Shown here: positions 1-9,550 of the stretch, in pieces
Numbering within the stretch: the first letter of the stretch is position 1
How the letters are laid out: each line of letters begins with the position of its first letter
Source of the DNA: an uncultured Acidobacteriota bacterium
GTDB taxonomy: Bacteria > Actinomycetota > Acidimicrobiia > Acidimicrobiales > SHLQ01
Reading direction: 5' to 3'
DNA: 64,000 nucleotides
NCBI GenBank assembly: GCA_963738445.1
Contig: CAVTWS010000008.1
Location: forward strand, 51,764-115,763
Program-made: the position numbers and the translations under genes
Notes under the pieces: generated by a model
Seen by the model: only the letters and a program-made list of their open reading frames with translations
Databases searched by the model: none
What the model was told of the DNA's origin: nothing

Positions 1-200
1 GCGTTCCCACGGCCGACGTCCTTCGGGTGCAGGCCGCCGAGATGCGGCTCAAGCGCAAGCAGTGGGCCGAGGAAGCGGCTCAAAAGCTACCCGTCAAGCT
101 CCTTGCCCCACTGATCCTGGTGATCCTCCCAGCGCTGTTCATCATCCTGCTCGGCCCGGCCGTGATCGACATGATCGACACCTTCGGCGAGCTGGACTGA
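1..200 (+). CDS. Type II secretion system F-family (TadB/TadC-like) membrane protein, C-terminal fragment; the 5' end lies outside the window
   Basis: Frame 3 reads ...RVQAAEMRLKRKQWAEEAAQKLPVKLLAPLILVILPALFIILLGPAVIDMIDTFGELD and stops at TGA 198-200. This is a typical C-terminal TM helix of Tad/T2SS-F proteins. A prepilin-peptidase-like gene follows. Confidence 0.55.
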   Translation, partial: VPTADVLRVQAAEMRLKRKQWAEEAAQKLPVKLLAPLILVILPALFIILLGPAVIDMIDTFGELD

Positions 201-213
201 GACGCTGGCACCC

Positions 214-813
214 GTGGCCACGCGCCCTCCCACGACCGTTACGATCGGTCACGGACCCTTCGCCCCGCACCTGCGGGCGACCTCGCTCGCGGTCGCAGTC
301 GGGCTCACCGCCGTCGCCGCGGTCCGGTTCGCCAGCTCGCCGGCCGCACCCGCCTTCGTCGTCTTCGTCGTCGCCATGATCATGGTCAGCGACCTCGACG
401 CCAGCCGCCGCAAGATCCCGCCGGTGCTCCTCGGCGCTCTGGCTCTGTGCGGCCTCACTGCGTTCGTCGGCACCTCCATCGCATTAGACGACGGCGTCCC
501 GCTAGCCCGAGCCCTCATCGCGGCCGCAGCCAGCTGGGCGCTCTTCCTCGGCGCCCGGACCGCGTATCCGGACGGCCTGACGTCGCAGGACATCCAGATC
601 GTCCCACTGCTCGGCCTCCACCTGGGCTGGTTGGGTACCCACATCGCGCTCGTCGGTTTCGGCACCGGGATCGCGTCCTGTGGGATCTACGCCGCGGTTT
701 CGATCATCCGGCGCCACCCGCGACCGGGACCGTCAGTCGTGCCGCTGACCCCGTTCCTGGCCGCGGCAGCGGTGATCACCGCGCTGGTGGCCGCCCCCGG
801 GCCCCAGCCCTGA
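214..813 (+). CDS. A24-family prepilin peptidase-like membrane protein (CpaA/TadV-like)
   Basis: 199-aa polytopic membrane ORF with a GTG start. It carries a SDLDASRRKIP motif (Asp followed by IP) and a second acidic motif, SQDIQIVPLLG, as in type IV prepilin peptidases. It sits just after the TadC-like gene. Confidence 0.5.
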   Translation: MATRPPTTVTIGHGPFAPHLRATSLAVAVGLTAVAAVRFASSPAAPAFVVFVVAMIMVSDLDASRRKIPPVLLGALALCGLTAFVGTSIALDDGVPLARALIAAAASWALFLGARTAYPDGLTSQDIQIVPLLGLHLGWLGTHIALVGFGTGIASCGIYAAVSIIRRHPRPGPSVVPLTPFLAAAAVITALVAAPGPQP

Positions 814-830
814 TCGGTCGCCGAGGCGGT

Positions 831-1748
831 TCAGGCCGAGCGGGTCCGCCGTTTGGCCTTGGGCTTCTCGGCGCCTTCAGCCGGCTCCTCGGGAGCGAGT
901 TCGCGCTCGGCGGTGTCGTCCTCGGTCGCCGCGCTCACGCCTGCGGCGGCATCGTCGGGCCCATCCTTCTTCGTCTTGTTGGCGGCCAGGCTGGCCTCGA
1001 GCGCGGCCATGAGGTCGAGCACCTTGGCCTGGGGCTCCGCCGGCGCCGGGGCGACGATCGACTGGCCGGCGGCCTTCTTCTCGATCAGCTCCATCACCTG
1101 CTCGCGGTACTCGTTGCGGTACTTCGAGGGCTCGAACTCGGCCGCGAGCGCCTCGACGAGCTGGTTCGCCATGGCCAGCTCCTTGGCCGACACCTCGACC
1201 TCCTCGCCCGGTATGCCCGACAGCTCGGCCACGGGGACGACCTCATCGTCGTAGCGCATCATCTGGAGCACGAGCGCGCCGTCGACCACACGGATGGCGA
1301 CCAGCGATTCCTTCTGCCGGATCACCACCCGTCCGATGGCCGCCTTGCCCTGGCCTTCCATCGCTTCGGCCAGGAGGCGGTAGGGCTTCGTGCCGGTCTT
1401 GTCGGGAGCGAGGTAGTACGGCGTCTGGAAGTACACCGGATCGATGTCGTCGATGTCGACGAACTCCTCGATCTCGATGGTCTGGGTCGACTTCGGCTTG
1501 ATCGCATCGATCTCTTCGGGCTCGACGATCACGTACTGGCCCTTGGCGATCTCGTACCCCTTGGTGATCTGCTCGGCGGTCACCTCCTCGCCCGTGGCCT
1601 CCGACACTCGGCGCATCCGGATCCGTGACCCGGTGCCGGCCTCGATCTGGTTGAACGACACGTCGCGGTTCACCGTCGCACTGGTCATCTTCACGGGCAC
1701 GCTGACCAGCCCGAAGCTGATCGATCCACTCCACACGATGCTCGGCAC
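831..1748 (-). CDS. ku: Ku protein (non-homologous end joining)
   Basis: The N-terminus MPSIVWSGSISFGLVSVPVKMTSAT..., and later YYLAPDKTG, are characteristic of bacterial Ku. The tail is basic and acidic. It lies next to a LigD polymerase-domain gene. Confidence 0.9.
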   Translation of the reverse strand: MPSIVWSGSISFGLVSVPVKMTSATVNRDVSFNQIEAGTGSRIRMRRVSEATGEEVTAEQITKGYEIAKGQYVIVEPEEIDAIKPKSTQTIEIEEFVDIDDIDPVYFQTPYYLAPDKTGTKPYRLLAEAMEGQGKAAIGRVVIRQKESLVAIRVVDGALVLQMMRYDDEVVPVAELSGIPGEEVEVSAKELAMANQLVEALAAEFEPSKYRNEYREQVMELIEKKAAGQSIVAPAPAEPQAKVLDLMAALEASLAANKTKKDGPDDAAAGVSAATEDDTAERELAPEEPAEGAEKPKAKRRTRSA

Positions 1749-1813
1749 GGCGACCTCCTGGTCAGGCGCACCATGGTACGGGCTTCCGTTCGAGCCGAAC
1801 GCCAGAAGTCGTG

Positions 1814-2692
1814 TCAGGACCAGAGGTCGCCGAGCGTCTCGATTCGTTCGACGACCTGATCGGGACCGAACGCGAGACGGGTGGGGTCACCCGCCACCAT
1901 GGCGTCGTCGAGCTCGTCCCAGGTGATGGGGGTCGACACCCGTGGTTCGGGCGTGGCGCGCAGGGAGTAGGCGGCGACGGTGGTGTTCGTGAACCCGTTC
2001 TGGTTCCAGTCGACCAGGATCTTGCCGCCCCGGGCGTCCTTCTTCTGGACCGACACCACCAGGTCCGGGAACTGCTGTTCCAGCCCCTGGGCCACGGCGT
2101 GGGCGAAGGGTCGGGTCTGGTCGTAGGTGAAGGCCGGATCGGTGACCGGCATGGACACGTGCAGGCCCTTCGAGCCAGACGTCTTGATCCGGACCGTCTG
2201 GCCGGCGCCTTCGACGATGCTGCGGATCTGCATCGCCACCCGTCCCGCGGTGAGGAGGTCGGCCCGCGGGCCCGGATCGAGGTCGAACATGACGTGGGTC
2301 GGGTGGTCGAGTCGATCGGATGTCGCCAGGAGCGTGTGCAGTTCCAGCGAGGCCAGGTTGGCCAGCCAGACGAGCGTCGGCAGGTCGTTGCACACGACGT
2401 GGTTGACGATCCCGAACCTTCCGCTCGGCACCTCGGCGGTGGCCACCCACTCCGGGGCGTGGCTCGGGCACCGCTTCTCGAAGAAGTGCTTGTCATCGAC
2501 GCCGTTGGGCCAACGCACCATGGTGAGCGGCCGGTCGTGGAGCTGCGGAAGGATCGCCGAGGCGACCCGGACGTAGTAGTCGATCACCTCACCCTTGGTG
2601 AACCCGGTGGCGGGGTACAGGACCTTGGTGAGGTTGGACACCTCGAGCGTGCGACCGTCGACGGTCACCAACGAGCGTTCGGGGCCGGCCAT
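1814..2692 (-). CDS. ligD: LigD polymerase/primase-domain protein (stand-alone NHEJ polymerase)
   Basis: 292 aa. VTVDGRTLEVSNLTKVLYPATGFTKGEVIDYY...RPLTMVRWPNGV...FFEKR matches the LigD Pol domain. There is no ligase or nuclease domain in this ORF. Confidence 0.85.
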   Translation of the reverse strand: MAGPERSLVTVDGRTLEVSNLTKVLYPATGFTKGEVIDYYVRVASAILPQLHDRPLTMVRWPNGVDDKHFFEKRCPSHAPEWVATAEVPSGRFGIVNHVVCNDLPTLVWLANLASLELHTLLATSDRLDHPTHVMFDLDPGPRADLLTAGRVAMQIRSIVEGAGQTVRIKTSGSKGLHVSMPVTDPAFTYDQTRPFAHAVAQGLEQQFPDLVVSVQKKDARGGKILVDWNQNGFTNTTVAAYSLRATPEPRVSTPITWDELDDAMVAGDPTRLAFGPDQVVERIETLGDLWS

Positions 2693-2710
2693 GGGGCATC
2701 ATCATCCCCC

Positions 2711-3592
2711 ATGGGCATGCCTACCGACATCGGGATCATCGATCTGGGGATCGGGTTCCCCCACCAGAGCATCGAGGAGAAGCGCGCCACCTACGACTTC
2801 TTCCGGGCGAACCTGAAGGACGCTCAGAGCGCCCAGGAGTTCGAGTTCCCCGTGGAGTACATGTTCAAGGGTGTCCCCGACATCATCAGCCCCGACGAGG
2901 ACCCGGTGGCCTGGACCGTCGCCAAGATGGACGAGTTCGGCATCGAGCAGGCCAAGACGTCGCTGTCGCCCAACGGCATTCGGGCCAAGCACGAGTACCC
3001 CGGCCGGTTCCACCTGAGCATGTCGGTCAGCCCGCACGACGGGGTCGAAGGGCTGCGGGCCCTGACCCGGGCCAAGAACGAGCACGACATCGTGTCGGCC
3101 TCTTGCTTCCCGTGCGGCCTGGTGCCCCAGGTGGCCATCGACGCGCCACAGATGTACCCGATCTACGCCAAGTGCTGCGAGCTCGACATCCCCATCTGCG
3201 TCAACGCCGGCATCGTCGGTCCTCGCATGCCGAGTTGGCCCCAGCACGTCGAGCGGCTCGACCAGGTCTGCTACGACTTCCCGGAGCTGACCCTGGTGAT
3301 CATGCACGGCGCCGAACCGTGGACCGCGCTCGCCGTGAAGCTGATGCTCAAGTGGCCCGGCCTGCACTTCATGACCAGCGCCTTCGCCCCGAAGCACTAC
3401 CCGAAGGACATCATCAACTACGCCAACACTCGCGGTGCCGACAAGATCATGTACTGCGGCTACTTCCCCGCCGGGCTCACGTTGGAGCGCCAGTTCGCCG
3501 ACATGCCGAACGTGCCCTTCAAGGACGATGTGTGGCCCAAGTTCCTCCGAGAGAACGCCATGCGGGTGTTCAAGATCCCGGCGCTCGGCTGA
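2711..3592 (+). CDS. Amidohydrolase-family protein (amidohydrolase_2 / ACMSD-like)
   Basis: This is the in-frame 3' part of the long ORF 1811..3592. A sensible start is MGMPTDIGIIDLGIGFP (ATG 2711 or 2717). The C-terminal FLRENAMRVFKIP is typical of this family. The upstream part of the ORF is antisense to ligD-pol. Confidence 0.7.
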   Translation: MGMPTDIGIIDLGIGFPHQSIEEKRATYDFFRANLKDAQSAQEFEFPVEYMFKGVPDIISPDEDPVAWTVAKMDEFGIEQAKTSLSPNGIRAKHEYPGRFHLSMSVSPHDGVEGLRALTRAKNEHDIVSASCFPCGLVPQVAIDAPQMYPIYAKCCELDIPICVNAGIVGPRMPSWPQHVERLDQVCYDFPELTLVIMHGAEPWTALAVKLMLKWPGLHFMTSAFAPKHYPKDIINYANTRGADKIMYCGYFPAGLTLERQFADMPNVPFKDDVWPKFLRENAMRVFKIPALG

Positions 3593-3656
3593 CGCACGGG
3601 CCGCGTCAGGACGGCATCGGTCGTCGGGTCGCCGAGGGCCCGGTCGTGATCGTCGG

Positions 3657-4079
3657 CTAGCCGGCGTCGATGTCGATGCCACATGTGTCGTCGACGTACG
3701 CCCCGAATCGGGCCTCCTCGTCGGACAGGTCGTCGAACTGCGCCTCGTCGATCGAGCTCCAGTACGCGCTCAGGTCGTAGCCGGCGGCCTCCACGGCCTC
3801 CACCTGACCGAGTTGGAGGGCGACGAGCGCCTCCACATCGGCGGCGATCTCGTCCGGCGCAGACTCGGCGACATCGGAGAACAGCGAACGGATCGAGGCC
3901 ATCGCCTGCTCGACCTCGGAGGCGGACGACGTCTCGTCGACGGAGCCGAATGCCGTGTCGACTGCGGCGACGGTGTCACAGAACGGGCCGCCCGCCACGT
4001 CGTCGTCATCGTCGCCGCACGCGACGATCGATACGGGCAGGAGAAGCAGTGAGACGGTGAGACATGTGCGTCGGGTCAT
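3657..4079 (-). CDS. Hypothetical secreted lipoprotein, acidic
   Basis: MTRRTCLTVSLLLLPVSIVACGDDDDD is a signal peptide with a lipobox Cys. No family recognised. Confidence 0.5.
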   Translation of the reverse strand: MTRRTCLTVSLLLLPVSIVACGDDDDDVAGGPFCDTVAAVDTAFGSVDETSSASEVEQAMASIRSLFSDVAESAPDEIAADVEALVALQLGQVEAVEAAGYDLSAYWSSIDEAQFDDLSDEEARFGAYVDDTCGIDIDAG

Positions 4080-4155
4080 GACCGCTTGTTCCACCGCAGA
4101 GATCCACCGGTTCGCCCCAAACCGCGATCCACGTGCTCATGTGGACCCCAGAAGT

Positions 4156-4181
4156 CCGAACTCCCCTGGGCGTCTAACGTC
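4156..4181 (+). promoter_or_regulatory. Candidate ECF-type promoter upstream of the sigma factor gene
   Basis: CCGAAC (4156-4161), a 16-nt spacer, then CGTC (4178-4181), about 35 nt upstream of ATG 4217. This resembles autoregulated ECF promoters (GAAC-N16-CGT). Confidence 0.25.
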
Positions 4182-4216
4182 GGGACGGTGCTCGTACCCC
4201 AGGGCCGCGCCGGCCC

Positions 4217-4795
4217 ATGAACCGTTCGACGGCGTCGACGCAACAACCAGGCGTGCTGGACCACGTCGACGCCGAGCTGAGCGACGCCCACCTGCTCCAG
4301 CTCGTGGCGGCCGGTGACCGGAACGCGTTGCGCTCGCTCTACCTCCGTCACGAGCCGTGGCTGACGGTGCGGATGTCGCACCGGTGCGGGGACCCGGGGA
4401 TGGTGGAGGAAGCGCTGCAGGACACGTTCGTCGTGGTGTGGCAGACCGCCCGGCGGTTCGAAGGACGCGGCGATGTCGCGGCGTGGATGTGGGGCATCGG
4501 CGTCCGGCGCCTGCTGCAACGGATGCGGCCCCGCAAGAACCTGATGGAGCGGCTGCGCGGGCAACGGTCGCCGGATCAGGTCTCGGCCGAGGAACAGTTG
4601 CTCGTCGGAATCGAGCATTCCGATGTCGGTGGAGCGCTGGCCCGGCTGTCACCGGAGCTTCGCGCCGTGATGCAGGCCACCGTCCTCGACGGACTCACGA
4701 CGAAGGAGGCATCCGTGTTGCTGGGCGTTCCCCAAGGCACGGTCAAGACCCGGATGATGCGGGCTCGCATCGAGATGAGGGAGGCGTTGGCATGA
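4217..4795 (+). CDS. ECF-family RNA polymerase sigma factor
   Basis: 192 aa. Region 2 reads GDPGMVEEALQDTFVVVWQTARRFEGRGDVAAWMWGIGVRRL. Region 4 reads LTTKEASVLLGVPQGTVKTRMMRARIEM. Confidence 0.9.
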   Translation: MNRSTASTQQPGVLDHVDAELSDAHLLQLVAAGDRNALRSLYLRHEPWLTVRMSHRCGDPGMVEEALQDTFVVVWQTARRFEGRGDVAAWMWGIGVRRLLQRMRPRKNLMERLRGQRSPDQVSAEEQLLVGIEHSDVGGALARLSPELRAVMQATVLDGLTTKEASVLLGVPQGTVKTRMMRARIEMREALA

Positions 4796-5646
4796 GTCCT
4801 GATCCGTCCTGGCACGCCAGCACCGCCGAGCTGGCCGACTACCGCTCGGGGCCCCGGGGAGACGTGGCGGCGGCATCCATCGAAGCTCACCTCCTGGTGT
4901 GCCACCGCTGCCGGCTCGTGCTGTCCGGGCTGGCGCTCGAGACGACGACGGACGACACCTCGAGGGATCGCCGCGAACGCATCTGGGCGGTCATCACCGA
5001 CGAGACCGAGCGGGGCAGCTGGCTCGGACGCATCAACGCCCCGTGGCTGCGCCTCTCGATCGGGAGCCCGCTCCTCCTCGGCGCGCTCGCCGCCGTCGTC
5101 TCCGTGCTGCTCGCCGTCCCGCTGCTGAACGCGGTCGACGACGTCCGGTCGGCGGCGATGACACTCATCGCCCTCGCTCCGGTGGGACCGGTCGTTGCGA
5201 CGCTGCTGGCCTATCGGCCCGAGCTCGAGCCGGCGGGCACGCTCACCCGCGCCACCCCGCAGTCAGGTCTGCGCCTCGTGCTCATCCGCGCCGCGGTCGC
5301 CACTGCCTTTGCCATCCCGGCCGGCCTGGTCGCAAGTGTCGCCCTGCCCCTCCCCATCGATCTGCTGCTCGGGTGGCTGATCCCGGCGGTCGCCATGTGC
5401 GCCGCGGTCCTCGCCGTGGGGACTCGGATCGAACCCTCGGCGTTTGCTGCTGTTGTCGTGACGGCGTGGGCCGCCGCGGTGCTGCGTGACGGGCGCGGCA
5501 ACCGTGCGCTGCCGGTCGACACCGCGCTCGAGCAACTGTTCGTCAACCGCGCCACCACGCAGTTCGTCGCGCTGGCGATCCTGGCCTTGTCGTCGGTCGT
5601 GATCGCCACCGGGTGGCGCGAACGCATTCCCGGGAGGTTCGCGTGA
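4792..5646 (+). CDS. Membrane anti-sigma factor (zf-HC2 type)
   Basis: ATG 4792 overlaps the sigma stop (ATGA). The N-terminus has the HLLVCHRCR zinc-finger-like motif, followed by several TM helices. Confidence 0.7.
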   Translation: MSPDPSWHASTAELADYRSGPRGDVAAASIEAHLLVCHRCRLVLSGLALETTTDDTSRDRRERIWAVITDETERGSWLGRINAPWLRLSIGSPLLLGALAAVVSVLLAVPLLNAVDDVRSAAMTLIALAPVGPVVATLLAYRPELEPAGTLTRATPQSGLRLVLIRAAVATAFAIPAGLVASVALPLPIDLLLGWLIPAVAMCAAVLAVGTRIEPSAFAAVVVTAWAAAVLRDGRGNRALPVDTALEQLFVNRATTQFVALAILALSSVVIATGWRERIPGRFA

Positions 5647-6503
5647 GGACAATCGAGGTTTCCCGGCTCACCAAGTCGTTTCGACGCTCGATCGCGGTCG
5701 ACCACGTCGACCTCGATCTCGACGGTGGCGTCACCGGGCTGCTCGGACCCAACGGTGCCGGCAAGTCCACCCTGCTGGCCATGCTGGCGACCGTCCTCGA
5801 CCCCGACTCCGGCGAGCTCCGGATCTTCGGCCTCGATCCTCGGCGAGCCGAGGCCCGCCTCCAGATCCGCCGCCGCCTGGGGTACCTCCCCCAGACACCC
5901 GGGTTGTACAGCGGGTTCACCGCTCGGGAACTCGTCGACTACGTCGCCGTGCTCAAGGAGATCACCGATCGACGCGCTCGCCGAGCCGAGGTGAGGCGGG
6001 TTCTCGAGCTCGTGGGCCTCACGAGCGTGGCCGACAGCAAGATTCGGTCGCTGTCCGGCGGAACCCGCCAACGGGTCGCCGTCGCCGCGGTTCTGCTGGG
6101 CCAGCCCGACCTCCTCCTGCTCGACGAGCCGGCCGCCGGGCTCGATCCCGACCATCGACTCACCCTCCGTTCCCTCCTGACCGACACGGGCCGAACGGCC
6201 ACCGTGTTCCTGTCCACCCATCACACGAGCGACGTGGCGGCGATGTGCCAGCGGGTGATCGTGATGGATCGCGGCTGCGTGCGCTTCGCCGGGCGCCCCG
6301 CCGATCTGGCCGATGTCGCGGCGGGCCGGGTCTGGCTCGACGACGACCCGCACCCGGACGCGGTGCGCTCCTGGGCCACGGCCGACGGCGCCATCCGCAA
6401 CCTGGGCGACCCTCCGCCGGGGGCAACGCTGGCCGAACCGTCGATCGACGACGGCTACCTCCTCATGACCATCGGCACCCCGGCTCCAGAACCCGCGCCA
6501 TGA
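5643..6503 (+). CDS. ABC transporter ATP-binding protein
   Basis: GTG 5643 overlaps the anti-sigma stop (GTGA). Walker A is GPNGAGKST, the signature is LSGGTRQR and Walker B is LLLLDEP. Confidence 0.85.
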   Translation: MRTIEVSRLTKSFRRSIAVDHVDLDLDGGVTGLLGPNGAGKSTLLAMLATVLDPDSGELRIFGLDPRRAEARLQIRRRLGYLPQTPGLYSGFTARELVDYVAVLKEITDRRARRAEVRRVLELVGLTSVADSKIRSLSGGTRQRVAVAAVLLGQPDLLLLDEPAAGLDPDHRLTLRSLLTDTGRTATVFLSTHHTSDVAAMCQRVIVMDRGCVRFAGRPADLADVAAGRVWLDDDPHPDAVRSWATADGAIRNLGDPPPGATLAEPSIDDGYLLMTIGTPAPEPAP

Positions 6504-6516
6504 GCACCGTGGCGCG

Positions 6517-7473
6517 ATGAGAGCCGCCGTGCCGTCTCGCGACGGGATGGCCCGGGTGGGCGACCCGGGATCGGCGGTGCTCCGGCTGGCGGTGATCGAG
6601 GCCCGTCGCCATCTGACCGGCGTGACGTTGTGGCTCGGCGTGGCCGGCACGGTGTGGTGGGTCCAGGATCCGAATTCCAACGACTGGCAGGGTGCCAAGT
6701 ACGGGTCGTCGAGCATGGCCACCGTCCCACTCGCCCTGGCCGCCTTCATCGGGATGTCGAGAAGCGTCGGTCGCGATCACAGGGTCGACCTACCGCCACT
6801 CGACGAGGCGGCTCCCCTCGGCGAGGCGGCCCGGATCGGTGCCCGATTGCTCGGCGGATCGGTGTATCTCGTCGCCGCCGTCGTGATCACCGTCGCCGTG
6901 CGGATCCAGGCCGGAGACGGCTACTGGGTCGGCGACGCCATCTGCTACCCCGGCCCCTGCTTCGGCCGCACCGACAAGGCCCTGCCGTCGATCGCCGAGT
7001 GGGGTCAGAACGTGCTCACGGTGGCGGTGGCGGCAACCGCTGGAGCCGCAGCCGGTCGAGCCGTTCGCCGCAAAGCGCCGCTCTGCATCCTGGCCGGCAT
7101 CATGCTGTTCCTGGTCGGGGCGACCTTCTGGGCCTTTCAGTGGAGTCCGGCGATCTACACCACGCTGTACCAGTACCAACCGCTCGAGCTGAACATCGAC
7201 CCCGCGCTGCGGCCCGCGGACTTCCCCCGCCATTGGTTCATCGCCGCGCCGGACGAGTTCGATTCCGTCTGGCGCCGAGTCGTGACCAGCGAACGCGTCG
7301 CCGTCGGCCACGACATCTACCTCGCCGGGTTGTCGATGGCGTGGGGAGCCTTGGCCTTGCAGGGGGGCACGGGCCGGCGCCTGCTGGTGATCGGGGTGGT
7401 CGTCGTTGCCGCCGGGATCATCGCCCAGATCGCCGCGATGCCTGCCGGTACCGCCCTCGGCGCGGGCAGTTGA
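6517..7473 (+). CDS. Polytopic membrane protein (possible permease partner of the ABC ATPase)
   Basis: 318-aa hydrophobic ORF immediately downstream of the ATPase. No family recognised. Confidence 0.45.
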   Translation: MRAAVPSRDGMARVGDPGSAVLRLAVIEARRHLTGVTLWLGVAGTVWWVQDPNSNDWQGAKYGSSSMATVPLALAAFIGMSRSVGRDHRVDLPPLDEAAPLGEAARIGARLLGGSVYLVAAVVITVAVRIQAGDGYWVGDAICYPGPCFGRTDKALPSIAEWGQNVLTVAVAATAGAAAGRAVRRKAPLCILAGIMLFLVGATFWAFQWSPAIYTTLYQYQPLELNIDPALRPADFPRHWFIAAPDEFDSVWRRVVTSERVAVGHDIYLAGLSMAWGALALQGGTGRRLLVIGVVVVAAGIIAQIAAMPAGTALGAGS

Positions 7474-7482
7474 CCGCCCGCC

Positions 7483-8037
7483 ATGCGCGAGTGGCTGACA
7501 CCGACGATCCGGAGCTCGCCGCTCGACTCCTTCGCCTACGGCGTCGGTGGGGCGATGATGCTGGCGGCGCTCGCCCGGCTCGGAGGGGCATCAGATCCGG
7601 TGCTGGTCGACGCCCTGGCGGCCCTGTTCGCGGCGATCGGCTGCCAGGCGCTACAGGACCCGGCGTGGCGGTTCGTCGCGGCGATGCCGACGACGGCCAG
7701 GATCAGGGGGCTGCGACGAGGCATGGTGGTGGGCTCGGCAACAATCGTTGCGCTGGTCGTCGCCCGGCTGGCGGCCGAGGCGATCGGCGCGGCGGATGTC
7801 ATGCCCGGCATCGGGCCCATCCTGGCCCTCGGCACGAGCGGGTGGGCCGTGGCGGCGCTGGTCGACCGCGCCCGTCCCGACGTCGGCGCGGCGATCGGTG
7901 CCTCCACGATCGTGGCCTGGGTGTCGGTTCCGCGGGTCGGCGGCTACGACACCGCGGTGGCGACCGCCTGGTCGGACCATCCGGTGGCCGTGACGGGGCT
8001 CGCCTCGCTGACCGCCCTCGGCCTCCTGCGCACCTGA
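7483..8037 (+). CDS. Hypothetical membrane protein
   Basis: 184 aa with several Ala/Gly-rich TM segments, co-directional with the upstream cluster. Confidence 0.4.
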   Translation: MREWLTPTIRSSPLDSFAYGVGGAMMLAALARLGGASDPVLVDALAALFAAIGCQALQDPAWRFVAAMPTTARIRGLRRGMVVGSATIVALVVARLAAEAIGAADVMPGIGPILALGTSGWAVAALVDRARPDVGAAIGASTIVAWVSVPRVGGYDTAVATAWSDHPVAVTGLASLTALGLLRT

Positions 8038-8049
8038 CAGGCCCCACCG

Positions 8050-9507
8050 TCAGAGGTTGACGTACACGTTCTTCGTGCGCAGGTATTCGTCGAGGCCCTC
8101 GCGCCCTCCCTCACGGCCGAACCCGCTGGCCTTGAAACCGCCGAACGGGGCGTTGGGGCTGAGGCCGGACGAGCCGTTGATCGTGACCAGACCCGCCTCC
8201 AGGCGGCGAGCGAGCCGGTGGCCGCGCGTCACGTCGCTGGTGTACACGTTCGCCCCCAGCCCGTACCGGGTGGCGTTGGCCTTGGCGACACCGTCGTCGT
8301 CGTCAGTGAATCGCATCACGCTGAGCACGGGGCCGAACACCTCGTTCTGAGCGATGTCGCTCCCCGGGTCGACATCGCCGAGGACCGTGGGGGCCACGAA
8401 GTACCCCTCGGCGAGTGCGCCGCCGAGCCTCGTGCCGCCGGCGAGCAACCGTCCCATCCCGGCGGACACGGCGTGCTCGACGAGGCCGAGGATCCGCTCG
8501 CACGACGGTCGGGATATCACCGGACCCATCAGTGTCGTGGGGAGGAGCGGGTCGCCGATCGGCACCGTGGCGACGGCGGCCAGCAGCCGCTCGATGACGT
8601 CGTCGTAGATGTCGTCGTGGACGAGTAGCCGCGTGGGGAGCGCGCATCCCTGACCGCTCAGCACCACGAACCCGTAGGCCGACATGGGGATGGCGGTGTC
8701 GAGGTCGGCGTCCGGGAAGATCAGGCTCGCCGTCTTGCCGCCCAGCTCGAGGGCGAGGGGGGTGAGCGTGTCTGCCGCCGCTCGCATGACGGCCGACGCG
8801 GTGGCGCTGCCGCCGGTCAAGCTGATCTTGGCGACGTCCGGGTGCCGCACCAGCGCCTCACCGGCTTCGGCGCCCCCGGCCACGACGTTGAGCACCCCCG
8901 GGGGCAGGCCGGCTTCGAGCGCCAGCTCGGCGAACCGGTAGGCACCGAACGGGGCGAGCTCGGGCGGTTTGGCGACGACCGTGTTGCCCGCCGCCAGGGC
9001 CGGCGCCGCCTTCTGAGCCATACCCATCATCGAACCGTTCCACGGCGGGATGACCCCGACCACGCCGTACGGCTCGGGGAGGGTGTAGTCGAGGCCCTGA
9101 CCGGGATAGGTCGGGATCACGCGTCCTTCGATCTTGTCGACCCAACCGGCGTAGTAGCGGGTCCACCGCGCCGTGTACCCGCCCGGATCCATGAGGGACA
9201 CGGGCATCCCCGCCTCGAGCGCCCAGATCCGGGCCGCTTCGTCGCGTTCACGTTCGAGCAGATCCGCGAGACGGAACAGGATCGCCGCACGTTCATCGGC
9301 GGCTTTCGCCCGCCACGCCGGGGCCGCGTTGCGGGCTTCGGCCACGGCGTCGGCGATGTCGCCGGCACCGCCGAGCGCCACCTCGGCCTGGGGGCGGCCG
9401 GTGGTCGGATCGTGGTGCGTCGCCACGCCGCCGCGCCCGCGCGCCACCCGGCGATCGCCGACGATGAAGCCGGCCGCGGCGATCCGTTCGATCGGTGACG
9501 ATGTCAT
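8050..9507 (-). CDS. NAD(P)-dependent aldehyde dehydrogenase
   Basis: 485 aa. ALDH hallmarks are present: VVGVIPPWNGS, LELGGK, SGQGCALPTR (catalytic Cys) and PFGGFKASGFGREGG. Confidence 0.9.
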   Translation of the reverse strand: MTSSPIERIAAAGFIVGDRRVARGRGGVATHHDPTTGRPQAEVALGGAGDIADAVAEARNAAPAWRAKAADERAAILFRLADLLERERDEAARIWALEAGMPVSLMDPGGYTARWTRYYAGWVDKIEGRVIPTYPGQGLDYTLPEPYGVVGVIPPWNGSMMGMAQKAAPALAAGNTVVAKPPELAPFGAYRFAELALEAGLPPGVLNVVAGGAEAGEALVRHPDVAKISLTGGSATASAVMRAAADTLTPLALELGGKTASLIFPDADLDTAIPMSAYGFVVLSGQGCALPTRLLVHDDIYDDVIERLLAAVATVPIGDPLLPTTLMGPVISRPSCERILGLVEHAVSAGMGRLLAGGTRLGGALAEGYFVAPTVLGDVDPGSDIAQNEVFGPVLSVMRFTDDDDGVAKANATRYGLGANVYTSDVTRGHRLARRLEAGLVTINGSSGLSPNAPFGGFKASGFGREGGREGLDEYLRTKNVYVNL

Positions 9508-9550
9508 GGGCGGCCTGCCGCATCACCAATGGGCGGTCGAAGTGTCGAGG

